64,000 nucleotides of DNA. Origin: Sedimentisphaerales bacterium. GTDB lineage: Bacteria > Planctomycetota > Phycisphaerae > Sedimentisphaerales > Anaerobacaceae. This document shows, one piece after another, positions 40,453 through 48,810 of this stretch (the stretch's first letter is position 1; each line of letters opens with the position of its first letter). The stretch is taken from the NCBI GenBank assembly GCA_963708075.1, contig OY970194.1, forward strand, positions 1,984,001-2,048,000, given 5' to 3'. A model generated the notes under the pieces. That model had not been told where the DNA came from and did not search any database. It worked only from the letters and a program-made list of their open reading frames with translations. Position numbers and translations under genes: made by a program.

Positions 40453-41061
40453 TCACACAAACTTCCGCAACTTCATACCCGCGACACCCAAACCGAGCAT
40501 GCCCAGCAGCACCGCTGCAGGCAGGGGCACGACCGCGGAAATGCTGAACGCATCCGAAACGCTCGGCGCAGGGGTCAAACCGGTGTTCAGACGAACATCG
40601 AAGCCGATCATCGTCAGGTATCCCGAGCTCGTTAGGTCGAACTCCAGCCACCTGAATTCACCGGGCACCAGTGTCTGCCAGCCAGATTCCCCGGCACTCG
40701 TGACCAGCCGAACGTCCCATGCGCTGTTGTCGTCATTGCCCAGCCAGGCACCGAAGCTGTCAGTGGTCCCGGACCCGAAAGTCCCTGTCGCTCCAATTCG
40801 CATCCAGCTCGAATTGCCGCTGAGACTGCCCACAAAACCGACATCGCCCAGCATGCCCGCCGGGTATGCGACGGCCGGCAAATAGGGATTCTGGTACTCC
40901 CACCCGGTGCCATTGAAGACGCCATTCAATAGCCCCGAACTGCCGGTGGCAGTGATCTGAAGAAAATCCAGGGCCGTTGAATAGTCGAGGGTATACAGAC
41001 CGGCAGAGGCCTGCCCGGCAAGCAGACAGACCACCACAACCGATAGTAGAATACGTTTCAT
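40453..41061 (-). CDS. Variant PEP-CTERM surface protein 4
   Basis: Signal peptide; tail VPLPAAVLLGMLGLGVAGMKLRKFV; GGAGG SD. Confidence 0.9.
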   Translation of the reverse strand: MKRILLSVVVVCLLAGQASAGLYTLDYSTALDFLQITATGSSGLLNGVFNGTGWEYQNPYLPAVAYPAGMLGDVGFVGSLSGNSSWMRIGATGTFGSGTTDSFGAWLGNDDNSAWDVRLVTSAGESGWQTLVPGEFRWLEFDLTSSGYLTMIGFDVRLNTGLTPAPSVSDAFSISAVVPLPAAVLLGMLGLGVAGMKLRKFV

Positions 41062-41117
41062 TTCTATTTTTCCTCCGTTTCCATTGTCTCAGACCAACCT
41101 ATCCGATCACGAAACCG

Positions 41118-41936
41118 TTACACGTACTTGCGCAACTTCAGGCCCGCCACGCCGAAACCCAACATCCCCAGCAGAACCGCTGCCGGCACAGGCACGACGT
41201 GAAAGCTATCCGGCCCGCTGCCCAACCCGAATCCGACGTTTCCCAAAGAATAGCCATCCAGAGAGAGGCCGGTAATACCGAACTCGAAGGTGGCCATATC
41301 CCGGACAAGGAGCAGATTGTTCAGGGAACTAGTGGCGGCATCGCCGTGGTAGATCGAGTAGTTGACCCCGTCCACAAGGTTACCGTTGAACTGATTGGCT
41401 GAATCCGTGATCAGATACGTGGTCGTCCCGGGAATGGGCGTATTGTTCCCAATAGTCCCGATACCGAAATTCAGGTACGGAAAGCTCCCGGGGTTTCCAT
41501 CTATGAACGCCCATGACTCCGCCCGGCCCTGCACATTCCCTGGCTCACCGTACACCCGGATGTCAGTGAATGACTGCAGGACATCTGTAGCCGTCTTACG
41601 AGCGAGGTAGACACTCCCCGTAGCATCCTGATACGTCAACGTGGGACGAGTGCCGTCGCTGTTGACGATGTCGAAGTAGAAGCTGCTCAAGACATCATCC
41701 TTACTGTCGCTTGGCACCGGCGAGACGTTGTAAAGACTCACCGTCAGCGTGCTGCCGCTTATCGTAAGGTCGGCCTGGAATTTGACGTCGGTTCCTGATA
41801 GGGACGTACCTTCCCACTCATACAGGGCAGCCTGGGCCGACTGCGCAAGCAGCAAGCAAGCCAAGCACCCAACTAGCAATGTCACAGATCCTTTATTTGT
41901 ACGCGTACTTCTCTTTGATACAGTCATTCTCTGCAC
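41118..41936 (-). CDS. Variant PEP-CTERM surface protein 3
   Basis: Signal ..LLLAQSAQA; Ser/Thr/Gly/Asn-rich beta domain; tail VPVPAAVLLGMLGFGVAGLKLRKYV; start GTG 41936 or ATG 41927. Confidence 0.88.
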   Translation of the reverse strand: MQRMTVSKRSTRTNKGSVTLLVGCLACLLLAQSAQAALYEWEGTSLSGTDVKFQADLTISGSTLTVSLYNVSPVPSDSKDDVLSSFYFDIVNSDGTRPTLTYQDATGSVYLARKTATDVLQSFTDIRVYGEPGNVQGRAESWAFIDGNPGSFPYLNFGIGTIGNNTPIPGTTTYLITDSANQFNGNLVDGVNYSIYHGDAATSSLNNLLLVRDMATFEFGITGLSLDGYSLGNVGFGLGSGPDSFHVVPVPAAVLLGMLGFGVAGLKLRKYV

Positions 41937-42182
41937 CCAATCTCACCGGCCCGTGTCCTAAGCGTCTGGCTCGTTTCCCGACAATCGCATGCACACTCTC
42001 ACGCAATCACCGATTCTCCGGCGGTCCAGACCTGAACCTCGGGTTGCCTTCTATTCAAACGATGGTCTTTCCTTTCAACATCACCTTGCATCCCTTCACT
42101 ACCACACACCAACTGCACCCACCGGCAGATGCTTTTTCACCCGACAATCGCCTGCCTGCCGATCAAGCCCCTTACGAGGCTT

Positions 42183-43052
42183 TCACACAAACCTCCGCAA
42201 CTTCAACCCCGCCGCCCCCAAGCCGAGCATACCCAACAGAACGGCCGCCGGAACAGGGACTATGGCCGCGTCGTGGCTGAACCAGTAGATGCCCGGCTGC
42301 AACGTCAGGGGAGTAGCCAGAGTGTACTTCAGAAAGAAAATGTCATCAGTCACGCTGCCCATGTCGGTGCCGAACACGCGGTCCACGCCGGTGTCGCCCC
42401 AGGTGAAGACGCCCGCGACGTTGTCGGATGAGAAGACGTCGCCGGTGAACGAACCCGTATTGACGGGCAGCAGATCTCCGGCCACATTGGACCAGATATT
42501 CATGCGGTATTGAATCATGGGATCGTCCCGGTTGAAACCGGAGTTCTCGTCAAAGTAGCCAATGATCTGATCGAAGGTGGTCGCCGTCTCAATTTTGAAG
42601 TAGCCGGCATAGATCCAGTCGAAGTTGTTGGACATCGAATAGCCGCGATAGAGTCCCGGCGTATCTCCACTTGCCAAACCCTGGGCGGTAGCGTTGTAGT
42701 AGTTCCCGTACGTCCCATCCTCGATACCATTGTTGTTGTAAACAATGCTGGCCCCACTCTTGAGGGTCAAAGCAAAACCGGCGTTTTGGGTGAACCAGTC
42801 ATCCTTGTGCCATGTGTCTAAGGTGTAAGAGCCCCACCCCGGATCATCCGTTATATAGCGGAACGTCCCACCGGACGCATTGTCTCCGTTGGGGATATTC
42901 CCCGTTGGGAATTGGCCGCCAGTAATAATGTAGTAGTAGCCGTGGCTATCGATCTCGTAATCAGCATGCCCATTGAAGAGCTCCGCGCTCGCCAGAGGGC
43001 TGCACGCAGCCACAAGCAATATGGCCAGCAACCGTATCTTCACGTTCATCAT
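42183..43052 (-). CDS. Variant PEP-CTERM surface protein 2
   Basis: GGAGG SD; signal MMNVKIRLLAILLVAA; tail VPVPAAVLLGMLGLGAAGLKLRRFV. Confidence 0.9.
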   Translation of the reverse strand: MMNVKIRLLAILLVAACSPLASAELFNGHADYEIDSHGYYYIITGGQFPTGNIPNGDNASGGTFRYITDDPGWGSYTLDTWHKDDWFTQNAGFALTLKSGASIVYNNNGIEDGTYGNYYNATAQGLASGDTPGLYRGYSMSNNFDWIYAGYFKIETATTFDQIIGYFDENSGFNRDDPMIQYRMNIWSNVAGDLLPVNTGSFTGDVFSSDNVAGVFTWGDTGVDRVFGTDMGSVTDDIFFLKYTLATPLTLQPGIYWFSHDAAIVPVPAAVLLGMLGLGAAGLKLRRFV

Positions 43053-43117
43053 CCTAAAACCTCCCGCTCGCTCCTCCACGCCCAATAGCACGTGTGAGCA
43101 AGACAGCATTTCTCAAA

Positions 43118-43783
43118 TCACACATGCTTACGCAACTTCACACCGGCGACGCCGAGGCCGAGCATGCCTAGCAGAACAGCAGCGGGGACAGGAACTACGG
43201 CAAAGTCAGTGGTAGCGCTAATCGACAGTCCCGTTCCATTCTCTGTCCAGGTTTCGATATACTGCCAGTTGCCTATATCTTCGAGCCAGAATTGCCCGAC
43301 CCCTGTGACCAGCATGACGAAGCCGCTCTCCTCGGAGAAATCGGTGTCTTCTGCAGCAAGAACACTGTAGGAGGAATTCGGACCGAGATACGTATATACG
43401 CCGGTATAGTGATACGTCATCGCAGGGTCAAGATTGACGCCGCTGCCGGAATAGACAAATACATCTGGGTCATACCAATGCGCCCCATCCCAAACCGTCG
43501 GATTGATGCTGAACTGAGTCATGCTAGGGGAGCCCACTTGGTACAACGGGTCCCCGGCAATGCTGTAATGTGGGATCGTGGGACCCAGCACCAAATTGCC
43601 GTCCACATCGTAGTAGTAACCACCAGCAGGCTGCTCCGGTGTCGGTCCTGTGATCATCACGACATCTCCCGTGGTATCACTCCAATCGGTTCCAAGGATG
43701 GGCGTGGTCTGCCAGCTTAGATCTGCGACGGCGGGCGCTGCCACAAAGGCACACAGTACTGCAACAAGAGTCACGCTTCTCAT
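43118..43783 (-). CDS. Variant PEP-CTERM surface protein 1 (first cargo gene)
   Basis: GGAGG SD at 43793-43797; signal peptide; tail VPVPAAVLLGMLGLGVAGVKLRKHV. Confidence 0.9.
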   Translation of the reverse strand: MRSVTLVAVLCAFVAAPAVADLSWQTTPILGTDWSDTTGDVVMITGPTPEQPAGGYYYDVDGNLVLGPTIPHYSIAGDPLYQVGSPSMTQFSINPTVWDGAHWYDPDVFVYSGSGVNLDPAMTYHYTGVYTYLGPNSSYSVLAAEDTDFSEESGFVMLVTGVGQFWLEDIGNWQYIETWTENGTGLSISATTDFAVVPVPAAVLLGMLGLGVAGVKLRKHV

Positions 43784-43792
43784 CGTCTTTAG

Positions 43793-43925
43793 CCTCCACT
43801 TGGCTTGTTCACATCATGAGTCTTGGATGGCTCGCACTCTTGCATCGCAGTGACAGTAGAGAAAACCTCTGCATCGTCACAGGGTGCGAGCACACGGAGA
43901 GCTACTCATGTGCCAAGTCGGGAGG
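43793..43925 (-). promoter_or_regulatory. Predicted SD-sequestering mRNA stem-loop linking the leader ORF 3' end to the cargo gene 1 RBS
   Basis: Nested complementary blocks: 43793-97/43921-25, 43798-804/43912-18, 43815-21/43904-10, 43830-40/43881-91, 43850-54/43876-80. Confidence 0.7.
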
Positions 43926-44510
43926 TCCACGGGAGGCGAGAACGGCAGGCGTGAATTGCGATTGCCGCCAGAGGGCAACGATGGTCTCCTGGCGGTATGA
44001 TGACGTGATGTCCCCTGCCCTGCACTCCGGCTGAACGAAGCAGACCGGCGCATGGCAGAGGCAATCGGGCGAAATGGCGTGGCTGTGACCGATCTGGACC
44101 GGCCCGCCGTCGTGGTACCACTGTGGGACATGACTGAACGACAATCTCTTGACCAGGGGAACGGACCGGCACATCCCCAGGCCCAGCAAGGCATACAGGC
44201 ACAAGCCGAAGCTGTTCTGCCCATCCGACTGGATCTGCGCGGGGGGCAGTTCACCGGCCCGTCCCATTCCGCCATGCAGATGGGGCAGAGACTCGACAGG
44301 AAGCGAACCGAGACTCGCGATGCTCAGGCAATCCAGCGGATTCGAGAAGTCCATGCCCCGGGGAGCAGTTGCGACAGAGGCGCGCACCGCCTGCTGACAC
44401 CCGGCATCCGGCGAAGACACCGGCCTCATGTCCGCGCGAACGGACGTACCGAGTGCAAGTACCCCGAGAATAATGTAGAGACTCTCACTCCGTTGGATCA
44501 CCACAGACAC
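43902..44510 (-). CDS. Putative leader/monitoring protein with C-terminal RGPP ribosome-arrest-type motif
   Basis: Signal peptide (..LGTSVRA/DM), hydrophobic helix FGLCLYALLGLGMC followed by basic residues, His/Cys-rich linker, ends LASRGPPDLAHE*; AAGGTGGAG SD, start GTG 44510/44504/44501. Confidence 0.7.
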   Translation of the reverse strand: MSVVIQRSESLYIILGVLALGTSVRADMRPVSSPDAGCQQAVRASVATAPRGMDFSNPLDCLSIASLGSLPVESLPHLHGGMGRAGELPPAQIQSDGQNSFGLCLYALLGLGMCRSVPLVKRLSFSHVPQWYHDGGPVQIGHSHAISPDCLCHAPVCFVQPECRAGDITSSYRQETIVALWRQSQFTPAVLASRGPPDLAHE

Positions 44511-44532
44511 TCCACCTTAAAATGCAGCCTCT

Positions 44533-44561
44533 AGTCCACCAGAAATCCCTCCCGGTGTCAA
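44533..44561 (-). promoter_or_regulatory. Candidate sigma70 promoter for the leader-CTERM operon
   Basis: Perfect -35 TTGACA, 17-nt spacer, weak -10 TGGACT, directly upstream of the leader SD. Confidence 0.45.
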
Positions 44562-44929
44562 GGAAAATCCATGAAAAAACCAGGGATTCGGCCCGCCATG
44601 CACCTTTCCGCCGACATCGCTCGTAACTCCTTTATTCACAAGACCTTGCGAGTGACAGTTGGCACCCCCTCCGCCGCAGATCTGGACCGCAAAACAAGAG
44701 AATCCGAAACAAATCCGGACCCAATCCAGATGACGGACACGCCCTTTACTCGCTTGTCCGTCACTACCTGAATTCAGCGTGTGCGTGCGTTTGCGTCTAT
44801 TCCAGCCTGCGAGCTTCGCGTCACACGGGTTCACAATCTCGCAGGACTCGTCTGATGCTTTGCACGTTCCCCCTTTCGTGCATGTTTCGAGTCTCGATAG
44901 GGGGATTTCGAATTCCCCATCATGCCAGG

Positions 44930-45931
44930 TCACGCACAATCGGGCACATCTGAAGAGGATTTCTTGCGGGCCCGGACGACGGATTCCGCCTGGGCACCCG
45001 GCTGTCCCTTGCAGGACTTGGAATCGGGCATGAAGATCCTATCCATCAGCGAAAGCTCGCCGAACAGCAGCATGACGGCGATGGGCATCATGACATACCC
45101 GGCGAAGTCGTGGAAGAACTTCTCGCCTACTTCACTACTGACATGCAGCATGAGGACCGCCGTCACGAAGATCCGCACGATATTGCAGACCACCGCCACC
45201 GGAATGCTCGACGCCAACAGGACAGCTTTCTGCCACCGCGGTCGCTTGACCATATACGCAATGAACGCCGCGACGATAATGAACGCCATCAGCATACGAA
45301 GTCCGCTGCAAGCCTCCGCCACCGCCATTGGCGTACTCTCCCCCAGCATGACAACATTCCCCTGCTGCCCGACCTCAATCCCCACCGCCTCTAAAAGCAC
45401 GACAGACCCCGTCGTCGCCATCCTCTGCAGCGGTCCGGCAATCAGACGATGAGCGACCCCAGGAAGCGGCAACATGAGGAATAGAAACAGCAGAATCCAA
45501 AGGACACGTCGAAACACCTGACGTCCTGCCACCAGGAGAACCAGTCCTGCCGCCGTCAGAACAAGCGAATACCGCTCGGCCGCGGAACGCATGAAAAGGA
45601 ACCCGTAAGTCCGGACCAGTTGCGCCAATACAACCAAGATGGTCCCCCCCCACCAGCACGGCATCAGCGAGCACTGCCGCAGCCCCTTCCATTCACGCCA
45701 CATGAGAAACACGGCAACCAGCGGAACGAGTTGGCCTGCGGAGTAGTCGTCGCTTTTCTGCCACAAACTGAAAAGACCTGCTGCGACCGGCCAATACGAC
45801 CATGCCGTGATTATCGCCAATACCAGCACGAGCGAGAGGAGCCTCGAGGTGCTACCTTGTGAACAAGCTGCACAGATCGCTTGCAGGGTACCTCGCTGGC
45901 GGGTGTGACGGTCGGTCATATTCGGCCTCAT
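44930..45931 (-). CDS. xrt: Exosortase (EpsH family transpeptidase)
   Basis: Multi-TM protein with catalytic triad motifs VAEACSGLR (Cys), NIVRI (Arg), FFHDFAG (His). Confidence 0.93.
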   Translation of the reverse strand: MRPNMTDRHTRQRGTLQAICAACSQGSTSRLLSLVLVLAIITAWSYWPVAAGLFSLWQKSDDYSAGQLVPLVAVFLMWREWKGLRQCSLMPCWWGGTILVVLAQLVRTYGFLFMRSAAERYSLVLTAAGLVLLVAGRQVFRRVLWILLFLFLMLPLPGVAHRLIAGPLQRMATTGSVVLLEAVGIEVGQQGNVVMLGESTPMAVAEACSGLRMLMAFIIVAAFIAYMVKRPRWQKAVLLASSIPVAVVCNIVRIFVTAVLMLHVSSEVGEKFFHDFAGYVMMPIAVMLLFGELSLMDRIFMPDSKSCKGQPGAQAESVVRARKKSSSDVPDCA

Positions 45932-45932
45932 A

Positions 45933-46684
45933 TCACTTCTTTTCAGGTGACTCGCGGAGTGCCCCTGAGCCCTGGTCCTGAATCATGTTGTCGAATAGAC
46001 TGGCTATGGGTACGAAAGAATCGATGGCAAAGTCCCGGAGGATTTCTTCCGCTATATCCTCCCCGGCGGTCCCAACCGGGGTAATGATCTGTATCTCCGC
46101 CGCATAACGCACCGCCGAATGACGACGCCAGACTTTCCACTGCACCGCCGGAATATCGCTGTAGTGGTGCCCATCAACGATGAGGTAGAGTAGAGTCGCT
46201 ATTCTCTCCATACCCAACCTGTTGCGGGCGAACTCAAAGAGGGTGCATGGCCGCATGGTCCCATCGGCTGCAGGCAGCTCTATCAACCGATGGCTGGCGA
46301 GGAGCCACCCGGCTCCTGAGTAGCAGTTCTCGGGGTTGTGGCGCAGCAGTTCACCAGCGTTGACGCCGCATGTGACATATAATGTGATCGCTTCCTGGCC
46401 GTTACGGCGGGAGTACCGACGGCTGACGTGAGAGTCGGAATCGGTCCGCTGCACTATGGCTTCATCCAGCGGAACGTCCTCGCCCACCCAACCGCCAATC
46501 GCCATCGGAAACCGGCCCAGCGCATCGGCGCAATTGGGGCCCCCGTCGCGGAATCAGCAAAATGTGCAGCCAGCGTGCGGTGCGCGAGAGCAAAAGCCAG
46601 CATCACCAGACTAGCTACAATCGCCGCAAGGATCACCGGCCGGAAGTCCGGCTTGTTGCTTTCTGTGGTTCGTTTCGCCTTCAT
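45933..46684 (-). CDS. epsI: Exosortase-associated EpsI family protein, frameshifted near 46526-46544
   Basis: N-terminal TM in 46454-46684; FP.AIGGWVGED, SRRY and HNPENCYSGAGW EpsI motif in 45933-46505; adding one base gives PIAPDALGRFPMAIG. Confidence 0.8.
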
Positions 46685-47467
46685 TTACCTGACAATCTCG
46701 CGGCTGCCCATGAACACCTTCAAGCCCCTGGCGGAGATGGCCTCGGCCAGGACTCTCATGGCGAATCCCGGCAGCACAGACTGCCTCCGCCACCGCCAGG
46801 GCTCACAGACCAGCCGATAAAGGAACTCCGTCCCGGTGCGCTGACAGATTTCCGGGGCCCTCTTGACGCGATCACTGAGGATATCGAAGCTGCCTCCGAC
46901 CCCCATGCAGAACGGCACGTCAATCTTGTCCCAATGCTCGGCAACCCATCTCTCCTGCCGGGGTGACCCCAGTGCGACAAAGAGCATGTGGGCGCCGGAT
47001 GCGTTGATCTGCCTCACGATGTCATTGTCATTCTTGTGGTAGCCGTGAAGTCTTCCGGCAACCTGCAACCGCGGGTACCTTTCACGGAGTCTCTCATAGG
47101 CGGCATCGTTTGTCTCAGGGGTCGCCCCAAACAAGAAAACCCTCATATCCGCATCCTCAGCGGCATTGAGCAGTTCGAAGAACAGCTTCACGCCCGTGAT
47201 TCTCGGTATTCGCCAGCCATTGAGGAACCTGACCGCCGCACAGGTGCCCACGCCGTCACAAATGTGCACGTTTCCTCTGCGCACGATCGATGCAAATGTC
47301 CTGTCACGCCGGCAGAAGCAGACCTTTTCAGGATTGATCGCGATGCAAAAGGTCTTCCTGCCCTCCTGGATCCGACCAAGGATCGTCTGGATGGCATGAT
47401 CATAGGAACGAAAACACGTGATTGGAACACCAAGAACCGCCGTTTGTCTGGCCGTAGGCGCGGTCAT
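46685..47467 (-). CDS. WecB/TagA/CpsF family glycosyltransferase (GT26)
   Basis: INPEK, CDGVG, RITGVKL, FLFGA, HGY, LFVALGSPRQE, MGVGGSFD, KRAP, EFLYRL..EP.R. Confidence 0.93.
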   Translation of the reverse strand: MTAPTARQTAVLGVPITCFRSYDHAIQTILGRIQEGRKTFCIAINPEKVCFCRRDRTFASIVRRGNVHICDGVGTCAAVRFLNGWRIPRITGVKLFFELLNAAEDADMRVFLFGATPETNDAAYERLRERYPRLQVAGRLHGYHKNDNDIVRQINASGAHMLFVALGSPRQERWVAEHWDKIDVPFCMGVGGSFDILSDRVKRAPEICQRTGTEFLYRLVCEPWRWRRQSVLPGFAMRVLAEAISARGLKVFMGSREIVR

Positions 47468-47636
47468 AGAAGATCAACCTCCGTCTGTGCCACCATGCAC
47501 GACCCGTTCATGCTTGTGCCAAGAAGATCCACGGTACCTCTCCAGTGACAGACTACTCTTTGGTGACGGCTATGCCTGAGATGAGCACTGTGCTGAGGAG
47601 ATTATCGACACTTTGGAATACCTAAGTCTGACATTT

Positions 47637-48350
47637 TCAGAACGCCGTGGCACGCTCTATGGCATTCTGGAATTCCCGATATCCGATACTCATGTGCGAC
47701 AGTACCCTTTCTATTGCCGTTTCGGAGACATCTCCCTCCGTCCTTAACCTGTCCAGGGCATCCTCACGGCTTATCTGGCCATCGCGTATAAGGCAGCTGA
47801 GATTGTCGTCCGTGTCGTTGAATCCCAATATCCTTCTGTATATATAGGACTTCAGCATGGCAATGCTACAGTCCCCCCTCCAACTCGCATTCCGCTCAGG
47901 GTTGGACTCCCACCCGAATTCCCTGGCGATCGTAGATACAATATCGCTCTCCATCCAATGCACGTGCAAATAGAAGGGTGCTAATCGCAGGATGCCATGT
48001 TTCCTGAACAACCGCTTGTTGGTCTTGCAGTAGTAGAATTCTCTCACCTGCGTACATAAGCAAGTGGGGTTCACAATCCAGCGCGGATTCCTCAGTAGTC
48101 GAAGTGCGTACCCCAACACAATTGAATGCGGTTTACCTCCCACGCGATACCTTTTCATCAAGCCCGTCTTGTAGGCACCGCCCTCAAATGGAGTACTGCC
48201 AACAACAACTACAGGGATCTTGTTCGACAGACAGGCGTCCAGAAGCCCTTTCCACATCCCAAGTCGACATCCCGTACATAGCAGTGTTACGGAAGCAGCC
48301 GAGGGTTTGCACATCCATGCCGAAAGGTATCGATGCAGGTACTTGCGGTA
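47637..48350 (-). pseudogene. 5'-truncated N-acetyl-sugar amidotransferase/PP-loop-like protein (C-terminal half)
   Basis: LCTGCR, W.E..I...I..E.GW, SWRGDC, LIRDGQISREDAL match the C-terminal half of LPS/EPS amidotransferase-like proteins; no N-terminal SGGxDS PP-loop; frame stays open upstream of ATG 48314 without a start. Confidence 0.55.
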
Positions 48351-48387
48351 CTCACCCTCCTGAACATAAGTCCCGGCGGACTGCTCA

Positions 48388-48810
48388 TTAGATGATTTGC
48401 CCGAACCGCCCCGTCTGGATGCCCTGGCGGAGGACTCGCGCGGGATTGCCTGCCACCACGCAGCCCGACGGCACGTCTTTGGTCACGATCGCCCCCGCAC
48501 CGACGACCACGTGATCGTCAATTGAAACCCCCGGCAGAACGATAGCTCCGGCCCCAATAAAACACCGCGCCCCGATCCGCGTGTCCGCTTTGAGTCCCCG
48601 AGGATTATCATGTGACAGGATGATCGCTCCTGAAGCCACATACGACTCGAAACCGATGTGGATACCGCGAGGATGCGTTCTGTCCAAGCGTGCCCCCCAG
48701 GAGATCCGCGCGGAAGCATCGATGTCCATGCCGTAGAATCGGGTGCAGGCGCAGTGCTTAAGACGGAGGAACAACCGTCGCACTCTATTTCGGGCAGCAA
48801 CCACAAGCAT
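48388..48810 (-). CDS. Hexapeptide-repeat (left-handed beta-helix) O-acyltransferase
   Basis: IGARCFIGAGAIVLPGVSIDDHVVVGAGAIVTKDVP....AGNPAR. Confidence 0.88.
   Translation of the reverse strand: MLVVAARNRVRRLFLRLKHCACTRFYGMDIDASARISWGARLDRTHPRGIHIGFESYVASGAIILSHDNPRGLKADTRIGARCFIGAGAIVLPGVSIDDHVVVGAGAIVTKDVPSGCVVAGNPARVLRQGIQTGRFGQII

Noticed and set aside
37313..43200. Recurring ~75-bp sequence (e.g. ACAAACTTCCGCAACTTCA) as a CRISPR, REP or attC-like repeat
   Set aside because: The copies are the coding sequence of the sorting tails, vary at synonymous positions and are spaced by whole genes.
44511..44929. Sigma54 promoter / PrsR enhancer expected upstream of PEP-CTERM genes
   Set aside because: No TGGCAC-N5-TTGC was seen by eye on the minus strand (the TGGCAC near 44660 is on the plus strand and lacks the -12 element); no prsK/prsR in the window.
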